Notes: generated from the sequence alone by a model not told the origin. Shown: positions 46,417-56,178, counted from the stretch's first letter. The stretch is 64,000 nt of DNA from an uncultured Clostridia bacterium (GCA_963558245.1 CAUWGA010000001.1:82588-146587), one strand, 5' to 3'. Numbers and translations: made by a program.

Positions 46417-48036
46417 TTATTTTCTAAATAATTTACCCAAAAGTCCTTTTTCTTCTTTTTTATTATTTCTTTTGTTTTTTGCGATATATTCATCTAATTT
46501 TTTTTCGGTTAGTTCATCATCTTCTTCTCTGTCAAAGATTATATTTTCACTTCCATCGTCATAATCTTCATATTCTTCATCGTAATCGTTATCATAATCT
46601 TCGTCATAGTCTTCGTCATAGTCTTCGTCATAATCTTCGTCATAGTCTTCGTCATAATCTTCGTCATAATCTTCGTCATAATCTTCGTCATCATATTCTG
46701 TATCATATTCTTCTTGGCATCGTTGTTTTTTGTTTTTATCATTCACATCATAATTTTCATCTTCAATATCATAATTTCTTTTTTGTTCTTTTGCTATAAA
46801 TTCATTTTCTTTTAAATTATTATTTTGTATTGTTGCCTCATCTAAATCTTCAATTTTATAGTCTGATAAATCTTTACTAAATTTCTCTCCTATTTCATCT
46901 TGAAATGTATTATATATATTTTTGATTCCTTCTATTCTCCAATAATTAGAATTTATAACTGTTCCCATATTTATTTTTATATTTGTTACTTCTTCTTCAA
47001 AATCTCTTTCTTTTTCTTGTATATTCTTCAAATAAGTTTTGTTGTATAACTCTTTATATGCCTTTTTAGTCGCTTTTCCTACTGTTTCTTTTACTACTAA
47101 TTCATATAAATTCTCAATTTGTTTAATATCTGCAATAAAATTTTGACAAGCTTCTTTCATTAATTCTTCATGAATAGCTTTTCCATTCATTGATGTTATT
47201 CTTTCATTGTCTAAAAAACTAACAATATATTCTTTTTCAGCATTTAAAAAGTTAAATTTCACACTAACATCTCTTAATAATTTTTCTGATTTTGCAAGTT
47301 TTATGTTCCCATTATTTAATTCTACTATTAATTTTTTCATTCTTTCATATACGCTTACATATAATTCTGCTTCTTGTTCAGCAATTTTCGTTCTTATTTC
47401 AACTGCATTTTTAATAACACTATTATTAAATGGTATTCTTTCATTTTTACCATTTCTTAGCATAATATTAACAATTTCTTCTATATATTTAGTTTTATCC
47501 ACTTCTGCAAACTGCTTTATTTCTTGAATTTCTTTAGGTTCAAGCTTTCCAAAGTCGTTTACTATTTGTTTTACATGATTTAAATAATCCGATTCTGTTG
47601 TTCTGTGAATTCTTGCATATTTATTTCTTTCCTTTTGTCTTTCTGTAAATATTACTAATGCTTTAACATATCTTTCTCTTATATATTTCAATTCACTATT
47701 ATTTTCTTCTAATTTTTGTTCAATATCTTCTATTTTTTGGTCTAATGTACTTGGATTCTCGCCTAAATCATTAAATATTTGATCTCTTTTATTTTCTAAG
47801 TTCATATTCTCTTCATGAAGCTGATGTTGTTTTCTTTGGATTTCTTCTATTTCTTCTGCAGACTCATCAAATTTCTTGATTACTCTTTCTTCTTCTTGTA
47901 TTACTCTTTGGTATTCTTTTATTTGCTCTATCATTTGTGCATATTCTTCATAATTTACTTTTAAGTTTTTAGTTCTATTCAACCCGAAAATTTTAGAAAA
48001 ATAATTTTCAAGAACTATTGCACTTCTTTCATACAT
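46417..48036 (-). CDS. Hypothetical coiled-coil protein with a (DEDY)n acidic tail
   Basis: The likely start is MYERSAIVLEN (ATG 48036), with GGAGGG 8 nt upstream. It has long heptad-like E/K-rich segments and a C-terminal EYDDEDYDEDYDEDY... repeat followed by a basic end. Confidence 0.7.
   Translation of the reverse strand: MYERSAIVLENYFSKIFGLNRTKNLKVNYEEYAQMIEQIKEYQRVIQEEERVIKKFDESAEEIEEIQRKQHQLHEENMNLENKRDQIFNDLGENPSTLDQKIEDIEQKLEENNSELKYIRERYVKALVIFTERQKERNKYARIHRTTESDYLNHVKQIVNDFGKLEPKEIQEIKQFAEVDKTKYIEEIVNIMLRNGKNERIPFNNSVIKNAVEIRTKIAEQEAELYVSVYERMKKLIVELNNGNIKLAKSEKLLRDVSVKFNFLNAEKEYIVSFLDNERITSMNGKAIHEELMKEACQNFIADIKQIENLYELVVKETVGKATKKAYKELYNKTYLKNIQEKERDFEEEVTNIKINMGTVINSNYWRIEGIKNIYNTFQDEIGEKFSKDLSDYKIEDLDEATIQNNNLKENEFIAKEQKRNYDIEDENYDVNDKNKKQRCQEEYDTEYDDEDYDEDYDEDYDEDYDEDYDEDYDEDYDEDYDNDYDEEYEDYDDGSENIIFDREEDDELTEKKLDEYIAKNKRNNKKEEKGLLGKLFRK
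46598..46693. repeat. 12-bp tandem repeat, about 8 units (tcttcgtcataR), inside the coding sequence
   Basis: I counted units at 46598, 46610, 46622, 46634, 46646, 46658, 46670 and 46682. The repeat encodes DEDY and has degenerate flanks. Confidence 0.9.
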
Positions 48037-48173
48037 TGTGAAACCCTCCGAAATTTTAATTTTCATTTATTATATAAAAAAAAAGCAAAAAAGTCTATAA
48101 TTTAGTTTACTTTTCTACTTTTTTATTATATGCTTTGAATTTTTAATTATTATCGTCTGAATTATAGATACGT

Positions 48174-49130
48174 TTATTCAAATACATCAAATTCATTAAT
48201 AGCATTTCCTCTTAAGAAATCAAATATAGACATTCTCTTTGCATTTTCTCCTTGTATTTCTAAAACTTTCAAAATACCATCTTTAGTTTTAATAAATATA
48301 CCGTCTCTAGGATTAGATACAATAACAGTACCATTTCTGAATATTTCCAAACCTTCTGCAAAAATTTCTTTTTTAGTAGCAATATCTACTTTCCAAAATT
48401 TGATTTTCTTTCCATCTAAATATGTGTATGCTCCCATAATTGGGTTTAATCCTCTTACTAAATTTTTTATTTGTTTTGCATCTTGTTCTTCCCAATTAAT
48501 TTTAGCCATTTCTTTATTTAGCATAGGAGCCATTGAGAATTCTCCGCTTTGTTTTTCTCTTGGAGCTGTTCCTTGTTCTATTTGTTTTAAAGTTTTTACT
48601 AATAATTCTCCTCCAATAGTTTCAAGTCTTTCCCATAGTTCTCCTGTTGTCTCGTCTTCTCCTATTTTTACTTCTTCTTTTAAAATCATGTCTCCTGTAT
48701 CCATACCTTCGTCCATATACATCGTTGTTATGCCTGTTGTTTTATCGCCATTTAAAACAGCCCATTGTATTGGAGCTGCTCCCCTATATTTTGGTAATAA
48801 TGAACCATGTACATTTATACATCCTAATTTAGGAATTTCTAGTAATTCTTTTGGGAGTATTTTACCATAAGCCACTACACAAATTACATCTGGATTTAAA
48901 TTTTCCATTTCTTCTATAAAATCTTTATTATTTTTAACTTTTTCTGGTTGATAAATATTTAACTCTTTTTCTAATGCAAATTGTTTTACTGGCGAAGCTG
49001 TAAGTTTCATCCCTCTCCCTTGTGGTTTATCTGGATTTGTTACAACTCCTATTATCTCATATCCAGCATTATATATTGCTTTTAGACTTTCTTTTGCAAA
49101 GTCTGGTGTTCCCATAAAGACAACTTTCAT
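48174..49130 (-). CDS. fmt: Methionyl-tRNA formyltransferase
   Basis: Contains MKVVFMGTPDFA, HGSLLPKYRGAAPIQ and other typical motifs. The start is placed at the third in-frame Met (ATG 49130), giving a canonical Fmt N-terminus. Confidence 0.93.
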   Translation of the reverse strand: MKVVFMGTPDFAKESLKAIYNAGYEIIGVVTNPDKPQGRGMKLTASPVKQFALEKELNIYQPEKVKNNKDFIEEMENLNPDVICVVAYGKILPKELLEIPKLGCINVHGSLLPKYRGAAPIQWAVLNGDKTTGITTMYMDEGMDTGDMILKEEVKIGEDETTGELWERLETIGGELLVKTLKQIEQGTAPREKQSGEFSMAPMLNKEMAKINWEEQDAKQIKNLVRGLNPIMGAYTYLDGKKIKFWKVDIATKKEIFAEGLEIFRNGTVIVSNPRDGIFIKTKDGILKVLEIQGENAKRMSIFDFLRGNAINEFDVFE

Positions 49131-49249
49131 GTTTATTACCATTCCTTTCCTAAACACTTCCCCAATTAGAATAATTATTTTTTAACATAATAGTTATTCT
49201 TGCTTCCTATTTACAATTATATTTTTTCTTTTTATTATTTAAGTAATTT

Positions 49250-49717
49250 TTATTCAAGATACTCTAAGGTTCCTGGTATCATTTTTTGTTTAAAAACTTC
49301 TCCATTTAAATGATCTACTTCATGCGCAATTGCTTGTGCAAATAATTCTTTTGCCTTTGTTTTAGTTTTTTTACCATCTCTTGTTGTATATTCTACCCAT
49401 AACTCAGCTGGTCTTATAACTTTTGCAAATTCATTTGGAAAGCTTAAACATCCTTCTTGAACTTCTTGTTCTCCTTTTGTTTTTGTTATTACTGGATTTA
49501 TCATAACAATTGGTCCTTTATCATCATATAAATCAATTACTATTACTCTTTTTAACACGCCAACTTGAACTGCTGCAAGTCCAACTCCATTGTATTTATG
49601 CATAGTGTCTATCATATCATCAATTAAAACTTGTATTTTATCTGTTATTTCTTCTACTTCTCTTGATTTCTTTTTTAAGATTTCGTCTCCTTCATATCTT
49701 AAATTTCTTGTTGCCAT
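49250..49717 (-). CDS. def: Peptide deformylase
   Basis: Motifs GVGLAAVQVG, EGCLSFP and HEVDHLNG. The ATG at 49717 is preceded by GGGGGAAAAG. Confidence 0.95.
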   Translation of the reverse strand: MATRNLRYEGDEILKKKSREVEEITDKIQVLIDDMIDTMHKYNGVGLAAVQVGVLKRVIVIDLYDDKGPIVMINPVITKTKGEQEVQEGCLSFPNEFAKVIRPAELWVEYTTRDGKKTKTKAKELFAQAIAHEVDHLNGEVFKQKMIPGTLEYLE

Positions 49718-49769
49718 ATACTTTTCCCCCATTCTTACATTGCTACTACTTAATTATATTTTTAATATT

Positions 49770-52016
49770 TTAGCCCATATTATTAGGATTTACATCTATT
49801 GAAATTCTTATATCTTTTAAATCTTTTTCATATATTTTTTGGCAATAGTTATTTAATAAATTATTCATTTCTTTAGTCATTTCTGCCTTTATAATAATCC
49901 TATATCTAAATCTATTTTGTATTTTGTCTATTGGTGCTGGCATAGGCTTAAATATTTTTATTTGTTTGCTTGTATTATTTAAATCTAAACTTTTGTTATT
50001 ACTATTTAGTTTTTCATAAAAATATTTATATGTTTTATTACTTATATCTTTTATCTTTTCTTCATTTATGCCATTAAATCCAATTACTATTATATCGCAA
50101 AATGGTGGATATTTCAACTGTTTTCTTAATACTATTTCTGTATCATAGAACATATCATAATTTTGTTTTTTAGCACATTGTATGCTAAAGTTATCTGGGT
50201 TATATGTTTGAATAATTACTTTTCCTCGTTCTTTTTCTCGCCCTGCCCTTCCAGCAACTTGAGTTAAAATTTGAAATGTTCTTTCATTTGCTCTATAGTC
50301 ATCTATATTAAGTGAACTATCTGCTGCAATTACTCCAACTAAAGTAACATTTGGGAAATGATGTCCTTTTACTACCATTTGAGTTCCTATTAAAATATCT
50401 ATATTTTCATTTTTAAATTTATTTAAAATTTCTTCATGTGAATTTTTCTTTGTGACTGTATCTACATCCATTCTAATAGTTTTTGCATTAGGAAATTGTT
50501 TGTTAATTTCTTGTTCTAATTTTTGTGTTCCTGTTCCAAAATATCTTATTTTTTTACTATTGCAATTTGGACATATAGTAACAATATCTTGCTCATATCC
50601 ACAATAATGACATTTCAATTTTTTTTCAAAACTGTGATATGTCATACTTATATCACAATTTTTACATTTAACAGTATATCCGCAGTCTCTACACATTATA
50701 AATGTTGAATATCCTCTTCTATTTAAAAATAAAATGGTTTGTTTTTTTCTTTTTATATTTTCTTCTATACTATTATATAATTCCATGCTTAACATAGAGC
50801 GATTTCCATTTGCCAGTTCTTGTTTTAAATCTATAATTGTTACATCTGGTAATGAAGAATTATTTGCTCTTTTAGTTAATTCTAGTAATTCAATTTCTTT
50901 CAATTCTTTAGCTTTATAATATGTATTAATATCTGGCGTTGCACTCCCTAATAATAATGGACAATTATTTTTTTGTGCCATATATTTAGCAACTTGTTTC
51001 GCATCATATTTGGGTGTAGATTCTGATTTATACGAACTGTCGTGTTCTTCATCTATAATTATAATCCCAATATCTTTGGCAGGTGCAAATATAGCTGACC
51101 TTGCTCCTATTATAATTTTAGCTTTCCCATCTCTAATTCTTTGCCATTCATCATGTCTTTCTCCAATTGATAATTTACTATGCAATATAGCAATATATTC
51201 TTTTCCAAATCTTGAAATAAATCTATCTATTATTTGTGGCGTTAATGATATTTCTGGAACTAATACAATTGCTGTTTTTTCTTGTTTGATAGTTTCTTCA
51301 ATAAGTTGCAAATATATTTCAGTTTTTCCTGAACCAGTTACCCCATATAATAAAAATTCAGCAAAATTTTCATGTTCTATTTCTTCTTTAACTCTACAAT
51401 ATGCATATTCCTGTTCTTCTGTTAAACTTAAAAAATCACTTTTATCTATACTCTTATTTTCTAATGGATTTCTATATAATGTTTTATCTGTTAATTTTAA
51501 ATATCCATTTTTTATCAATGTTTTTACAATTGCCCTTGAACATTTTGTTTTTTCTTCTATATTCGAAATTGTTGTTCCTTCATTTTCATATACGAATTGA
51601 AATATAATTTTTTGTTTTTCTGACTTCAATGTTTCCTTTTCTTCAATATGTTTATTTAAATATACTGTTTGCACTACTTTTTCTTTTATTTTGTTTTCTT
51701 TTGTCCTTGTTCCAGGAGTTAGCATGAGTTTAATACATTCTGAAATATTACAAAAATATTTTTTAGCCATCCATTTAGCAAGTTCTATTTGTTTATCTGT
51801 TAAATTGTTTTGCACTTTTGATATATCTTTTACTTCATATTCAGATTTTTCTTTTAGCTTTATAACAAAAGCTTCTTCTAATTTTCCATTTTTCCCAAAT
51901 GGAACTAAGACCTTACTTCCAACTAAAATAAGGTCTTTGAATTCTTCAGGAACACTGTAATCAAATGTTCTATTTAATTTTTTTGCAGTTCTATTTATTA
52001 TAACTTCTGCTATCAT
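49770..52016 (-). CDS. priA: Primosomal replication restart helicase PriA
   Basis: 748 aa with Walker A GVTGSGKTE, DEEHD and a Cys-rich zinc insertion (CRDCGY...CKNC...CHYCGY...CPNC). Confidence 0.95.
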   Translation of the reverse strand: MIAEVIINRTAKKLNRTFDYSVPEEFKDLILVGSKVLVPFGKNGKLEEAFVIKLKEKSEYEVKDISKVQNNLTDKQIELAKWMAKKYFCNISECIKLMLTPGTRTKENKIKEKVVQTVYLNKHIEEKETLKSEKQKIIFQFVYENEGTTISNIEEKTKCSRAIVKTLIKNGYLKLTDKTLYRNPLENKSIDKSDFLSLTEEQEYAYCRVKEEIEHENFAEFLLYGVTGSGKTEIYLQLIEETIKQEKTAIVLVPEISLTPQIIDRFISRFGKEYIAILHSKLSIGERHDEWQRIRDGKAKIIIGARSAIFAPAKDIGIIIIDEEHDSSYKSESTPKYDAKQVAKYMAQKNNCPLLLGSATPDINTYYKAKELKEIELLELTKRANNSSLPDVTIIDLKQELANGNRSMLSMELYNSIEENIKRKKQTILFLNRRGYSTFIMCRDCGYTVKCKNCDISMTYHSFEKKLKCHYCGYEQDIVTICPNCNSKKIRYFGTGTQKLEQEINKQFPNAKTIRMDVDTVTKKNSHEEILNKFKNENIDILIGTQMVVKGHHFPNVTLVGVIAADSSLNIDDYRANERTFQILTQVAGRAGREKERGKVIIQTYNPDNFSIQCAKKQNYDMFYDTEIVLRKQLKYPPFCDIIVIGFNGINEEKIKDISNKTYKYFYEKLNSNNKSLDLNNTSKQIKIFKPMPAPIDKIQNRFRYRIIIKAEMTKEMNNLLNNYCQKIYEKDLKDIRISIDVNPNNMG

Positions 52017-52037
52017 TTTACTCCTTAATATGCAACA

Positions 52038-52595
52038 CTATTGTTCTAACCATTTTTTATATTCTGTTTCAATTATATCAGCTGTTTCTTCTGCTGTTAA
52101 ATTTGTAGTGTCTATAACTAAATCATAATTACTTTCATCTTCTTTTCTAACTTGATATAATTCCCAATATCTTTCATTTTCTAAACTATATCTTTTTTCC
52201 ATATCAGCTTTTTGTTCTTCAATTGTATCAAATTTTTCTGAATCTTTACGATTTTGATCATAAAAAGCTCTTTGGGCTGCTTTATTAATATCTACTTTTA
52301 AATATACTTTAAAAGATTCTGGTACAGCATACCAACCAAGTCTAGCATCAATAATAAAATTATTATGTTCTTTAGCATATTCGGCTGCACTATTTTCTAT
52401 TTGTCTATCAATTTCTGGATGGTCTTTTACATATATATTAAATGTTGTAACATCCATGTTCATATCTTTTGCTAGTTTTCTAAAATAATCTCCATTTCTA
52501 TATATACTGTAATTTAATCTTTCCATTAATATTTTAGATGTTACACCTTTTCCACTAGCTAATTCTCCTCCTAAAGATATAATATGTTTTTTCAT
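52038..52595 (-). CDS. Cytidylate kinase-like family P-loop protein
   Basis: 185 aa with P-loop GGELASGKG. It sits where coaBC usually lies, between rpoZ and priA. Confidence 0.65.
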   Translation of the reverse strand: MKKHIISLGGELASGKGVTSKILMERLNYSIYRNGDYFRKLAKDMNMDVTTFNIYVKDHPEIDRQIENSAAEYAKEHNNFIIDARLGWYAVPESFKVYLKVDINKAAQRAFYDQNRKDSEKFDTIEEQKADMEKRYSLENERYWELYQVRKEDESNYDLVIDTTNLTAEETADIIETEYKKWLEQ

Positions 52596-52602
52596 AAATT
52601 TA

Positions 52603-52794
52603 TTACTCCTCTATTTTTACTTTTCCTTCTGCTATTTCTTCTGCCGCAACAGTTACTGGTTTTTCCCCATTTTCTGATATTTTTGGTTCAGCTCCTACTG
52701 CTATTTGTCTTGCTCTCCTAGCAGTTGCAATAACTAATGAATATCTGTTTTCTGCTTTTTCTAATAATTGTGAAACACTTGGTTCTACTATCAT
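52603..52794 (-). CDS. rpoZ: DNA-directed RNA polymerase subunit omega
   Basis: 63 aa. Contains NRYSLVIATARRARQI. Confidence 0.9.
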   Translation of the reverse strand: MIVEPSVSQLLEKAENRYSLVIATARRARQIAVGAEPKISENGEKPVTVAAEEIAEGKVKIEE

Positions 52795-52828
52795 TTTTAT
52801 CCTCTCCTTTTTATTAATAATTTACTTC

Positions 52829-53116
52829 TTAGTCATTTATTGATGTTTCTGACATTTGTCTTGCTATTTCTTCTGTTACAGCTCTATCTTCAAGTCTTCC
52901 TGCCACTGTTTCTGGTTGTACAGCTGACAATATAACATGACCTGAGTCCATAATCAGAACTGCTCTTGTTCTTCTACCGTATGTAGCATCTACTACTGTT
53001 TTGCTATCTTTTGCTTCTTGCACCATTCTTTTTATTGGTGCTGATTCAGGGCTTACTATAGCTACAATTCTTTGTGCAGATACAATATTTCCAAATCCTA
53101 TATTTACTAATTTCAT
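52829..53116 (-). CDS. remA: RemA/DUF370 family regulator
   Basis: 95 aa, beginning [30 protein letters not shown]... and containing TYGRRTRAV. Confidence 0.9.
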   Translation of the reverse strand: MKLVNIGFGNIVSAQRIVAIVSPESAPIKRMVQEAKDSKTVVDATYGRRTRAVLIMDSGHVILSAVQPETVAGRLEDRAVTEEIARQMSETSIND

Positions 53117-53130
53117 AAAATCAATCCTTT

Positions 53131-54006
53131 CTACTCTATGTTTTGTACTTGTTCTCTTAAGTTTTCTATTTCTGTTTTCATGTCAATTACACCATTAGTA
53201 ATATCTAAGTTATTTGATTTAGAACCAATTGTATTTGTTTCCCTGTTCATTTCTTGTATTATAAAATCAAGTTTTTTTCCAACTGATTCGTTAGATTTTA
53301 ATAAATCTCTAAATTGAGAAATATGACTTTTTAATCTGGTTATTTCTTCTTGTATAGAGCATTTATCTGCATAAATAACAACTTCTTGAGCTAATCTATT
53401 TTTGTCCAATTCTTGATTTGGTAAAAGTTGTTTAAGTCTTTCCTCTAATTTTACTACATATTCTTCAATAAGTCCAGTAGAATATTTGTCTAATTCATTT
53501 ACTTTTTCTTGAATACTATCTAATCTTTTACTTAAATCTTCTGATAATTTTTCGCCTTCTTTTTCTCTCATACTTATTAAATTTTCTATTGCTACCTGTA
53601 CAGTTTTTGTCATTTCTTCTTTTATTATTTCATCTTCTTGATTATATTCTACTGTTAATACTTCTGGATATTTTGCTATATCGTTTACTTGTATATCTGC
53701 CAATATTTTTTCTTCTTCTGCTAATTTTTTTAATTCTGATATATATGCTTTTGCAAGTTGAGTATTAATTTTTATTGACTTCCCTTCAATTGAAGAATTA
53801 TTAAAAGTTACATATATATCAACTTTTCCTCTTTTTATTTGTTTTGAAACTTCTTTTTTTATAGTTTCTTCTAAATAGCTTATTTGTTTTGGCATTTTTA
53901 CTGATATATCTAAATATCTATGATTTACTGTTTTTATTTCTATTTGGTACTCTCTTTCTTCTTCATTTAAATTAGCTTTTCCATATCCTGTCATACTTTT
54001 TATCAT
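53131..54006 (-). CDS. yicC: YicC family stress-induced protein
   Basis: 291 aa with N-terminal [11 protein letters not shown] and C-terminal [13 protein letters not shown]. Confidence 0.9.
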   Translation of the reverse strand: MIKSMTGYGKANLNEEEREYQIEIKTVNHRYLDISVKMPKQISYLEETIKKEVSKQIKRGKVDIYVTFNNSSIEGKSIKINTQLAKAYISELKKLAEEEKILADIQVNDIAKYPEVLTVEYNQEDEIIKEEMTKTVQVAIENLISMREKEGEKLSEDLSKRLDSIQEKVNELDKYSTGLIEEYVVKLEERLKQLLPNQELDKNRLAQEVVIYADKCSIQEEITRLKSHISQFRDLLKSNESVGKKLDFIIQEMNRETNTIGSKSNNLDITNGVIDMKTEIENLREQVQNIE

Positions 54007-54024
54007 TTTTTACCTCTTATCATT

Positions 54025-54711
54025 TTATTTTTCTTTTTCAGTCTTTTTAGTTTTATTTTTACTATTAGTTTTGTTTGGACTTTTATCAGAATTCTTTTCA
54101 ACTTTTTTAGTTTTATTTTTGTTTATATCTTTTTTAGAACCTTTTTCTTTGTTTGCAGAATTTACTTTTTTCTTTGTTGAACTTTTATCTTCTTCCGTTT
54201 TTTTAATTTTTTTACTTAAAGTATTATCTTCACTGTCCATCTTTTGTTGTTTTTCATTATGTTTTTCTGCATTTTCATGCTTTCTTTTAGCTTCTTTTTT
54301 TATTGGTTCTTCTTTTACAATTTCTGAAATATCACTAAGTTGTTTTAAAGATTTTCTTTTTTCTAAAGTATTTTCAATTATTGCTTTTAATACATAATAT
54401 CCTGAACATACTCCTGCTGAAATCATTAAATACATATTAAAATCATATTTAAAAAATTTTATAACATGCATTATAGATAATGAATGCATAGCTAAAACTA
54501 ATAATTCAATGGCACTTATTGCCGATTTACCATTATCTTTTTTATAAGCTACTTCTAACATTATAATTCCTAATACCAAAAACATTCCCGAAAAAACTTC
54601 TATATCTCCAATTAATCTATCTATATTCATTTTTTGATATGCAAGCATTAATACAAAAAAGTATCCTGCTATTCCTATCGCTTTTAATATATTATTACCA
54701 ATTGTTTTCAT
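54025..54711 (-). CDS. Hypothetical membrane protein with a lysine-rich C-terminal tail
   Basis: 228 aa with four TM helices, followed by about 100 aa of K/E/N/S-rich low-complexity sequence. Confidence 0.55.
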   Translation of the reverse strand: MKTIGNNILKAIGIAGYFFVLMLAYQKMNIDRLIGDIEVFSGMFLVLGIIMLEVAYKKDNGKSAISAIELLVLAMHSLSIMHVIKFFKYDFNMYLMISAGVCSGYYVLKAIIENTLEKRKSLKQLSDISEIVKEEPIKKEAKRKHENAEKHNEKQQKMDSEDNTLSKKIKKTEEDKSSTKKKVNSANKEKGSKKDINKNKTKKVEKNSDKSPNKTNSKNKTKKTEKEK

Positions 54712-54726
54712 TATTTAGTTCTCCTT

Positions 54727-55479
54727 CTAATATTCCAATTCATACATTATAACACTAAGAACATTTAATGCTACTGTTTCTGTTCTTAATATTCTTTTTC
54801 CTAATGATACTGTAATTGCTCCATAATTTTGTAGCAATTCTACTTCTTCTGGTGCAATTCCACCTTCTGGACCAATTAGTACTCCTATTTTTACATCTTG
54901 TAATCCATATTCTTCTCTAAGTTCTTTTAATGATTGTTTTATTGTTTTTTCTTGTTCATTTTCATACGCAATTAGAAATAAATCATATTCTTTTATTAAA
55001 TCACATATATTTTTAATTTTTATTATAGGATTTATTTCGGGAATTAAGCTCCTTCCACATTGTTTACAAGCAACTTCTGATATTTTTTGCCATCTTTGAA
55101 TCTTTTTTGCCTTATCTTTTTCTTGTAATTTTACAATACATCTTTTCATTTCTACAGGTATTATTTCATGAGCACCTAGTTCTACTGATTTTTGTATTAC
55201 TAATTCCATTTTGTCAAATTTAGGTAATCCTTGAAATATCGAAACTTTTACATTTGATTCCACTTGTTTTTCTAATTCTGTAATAATTGTACATATAATT
55301 CTTTCTTTAGAAAGATTATTTATACTACATAAATAGTCTTTTTCGTTTGTAGTATTACAAATTATTATTTCGTCATTTACTTTTTTTCTTAATACATTTC
55401 TTATATGGTTTACATCTTTTCCTATAATTTCTATATTATTATCATTAATTTGTTCTTGAGTTATAAAAAATTTTGCCAT
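54727..55479 (-). CDS. rsmE: 16S rRNA (uracil1498-N3)-methyltransferase
   Basis: 250 aa with a PUA-like N-terminus and a SPOUT C-terminus (LIGPEGGIAPEEV, LGKRILRTETV). Confidence 0.9.
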   Translation of the reverse strand: MAKFFITQEQINDNNIEIIGKDVNHIRNVLRKKVNDEIIICNTTNEKDYLCSINNLSKERIICTIITELEKQVESNVKVSIFQGLPKFDKMELVIQKSVELGAHEIIPVEMKRCIVKLQEKDKAKKIQRWQKISEVACKQCGRSLIPEINPIIKIKNICDLIKEYDLFLIAYENEQEKTIKQSLKELREEYGLQDVKIGVLIGPEGGIAPEEVELLQNYGAITVSLGKRILRTETVALNVLSVIMYELEY

Positions 55480-55532
55480 ATTTTTTCTCCTTTATACATT
55501 GGACATTATATCATATAATTATTGTTTTGACC

Positions 55533-55576
55533 ACAAAAAAAGAAATTATATTAAATAAAAATTTAATATAATTTCT
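55533..55576 (-). terminator. Rho-independent terminator after rubrerythrin
   Basis: 16-bp stem agaaattatattaaat / atttaatataatttct with a 4-nt loop, followed on the minus strand by a T7 run. Confidence 0.8.
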
Positions 55577-55604
55577 TTTTAGTATTAATATACTATGCTA
55601 TTTA

Positions 55605-56144
55605 TTAATAATTTTCTGCTTTTATTTCAAAGAATGATCTTGGATGACTACATACTGGACAAATTTCTGGTGCAGATTTTCCTATTACTATATGTCCACA
55701 GTTTCTGCATTTCCAAATTCTATCTCCATCACGGCTAAATACTAATCCACCTTCAACGTTTTCAATTAATTTTTTGTATCTTGCTTCGTGTTCTTTTTCA
55801 ATTTTTCCAACTGATTCAAATAAGAACGCTATGTGGTCAAAACCTTCTTCTTTAGCTTCTTTTGCCATTCTGTCATACATGTCTGTCCATTCATAGTTTT
55901 CTCCTTCTGCAGCTGCTTCTAAGTTTTCTAATGTTGATTTTATATCTCCACCTTGTAATAATTTAAACCATAATTTTGCATGTTCTTTTTCATTATCTGC
56001 TGTTTCTTGGAATATAGCAGCTATTTGTTCATATCCTTCTTTTTTTGCTTTACTTGCAAAGTATGTATATTTATTTCTTGCTTGTGATTCACCAGCAAAT
56101 GCTTCCATTAAATTTTTTTCTGTTTTTGTTCCTTTTAAATCCAT
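55605..56144 (-). CDS. rbr: Rubrerythrin
   Basis: 179 aa with ferritin-like di-iron E..EXXH motifs (ESQARNKY, EKEHAKLW, EKEHEARY) and a C-terminal rubredoxin-type CRNCGH...CPVC. Confidence 0.93.
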   Translation of the reverse strand: MDLKGTKTEKNLMEAFAGESQARNKYTYFASKAKKEGYEQIAAIFQETADNEKEHAKLWFKLLQGGDIKSTLENLEAAAEGENYEWTDMYDRMAKEAKEEGFDHIAFLFESVGKIEKEHEARYKKLIENVEGGLVFSRDGDRIWKCRNCGHIVIGKSAPEICPVCSHPRSFFEIKAENY

Positions 56145-56178
56145 TTTGTTTCCTCCTTAATATTTATTTTACATTGAT

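Noticed and set aside
46598-46693. Possible CRISPR-like or minisatellite array
   Set aside because: The units are 12 bp, contiguous with no spacers, and lie inside a coding frame. This is a coding tandem repeat, not a CRISPR array.
46479-46799. ORFs with RHNL/RHSL repeats (plus strand) and MTKI repeats (46539..46742, minus strand)
   Set aside because: They are alternative-frame readings of the 12-bp tandem repeat. The DEDY frame belongs to a 539-aa ORF with a proper RBS.
49158-49170. Partial matches to the palindromic element: ttccccaattaga upstream of fmt, cattggacat at 55497-55506, and cccaattggga at 56348-56358
   Set aside because: Only one arm or half-site is present and no hairpin partner exists. 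They may be degenerate relics, but short GGAC/GTCC words can occur by chance, so I did not count them as copies.
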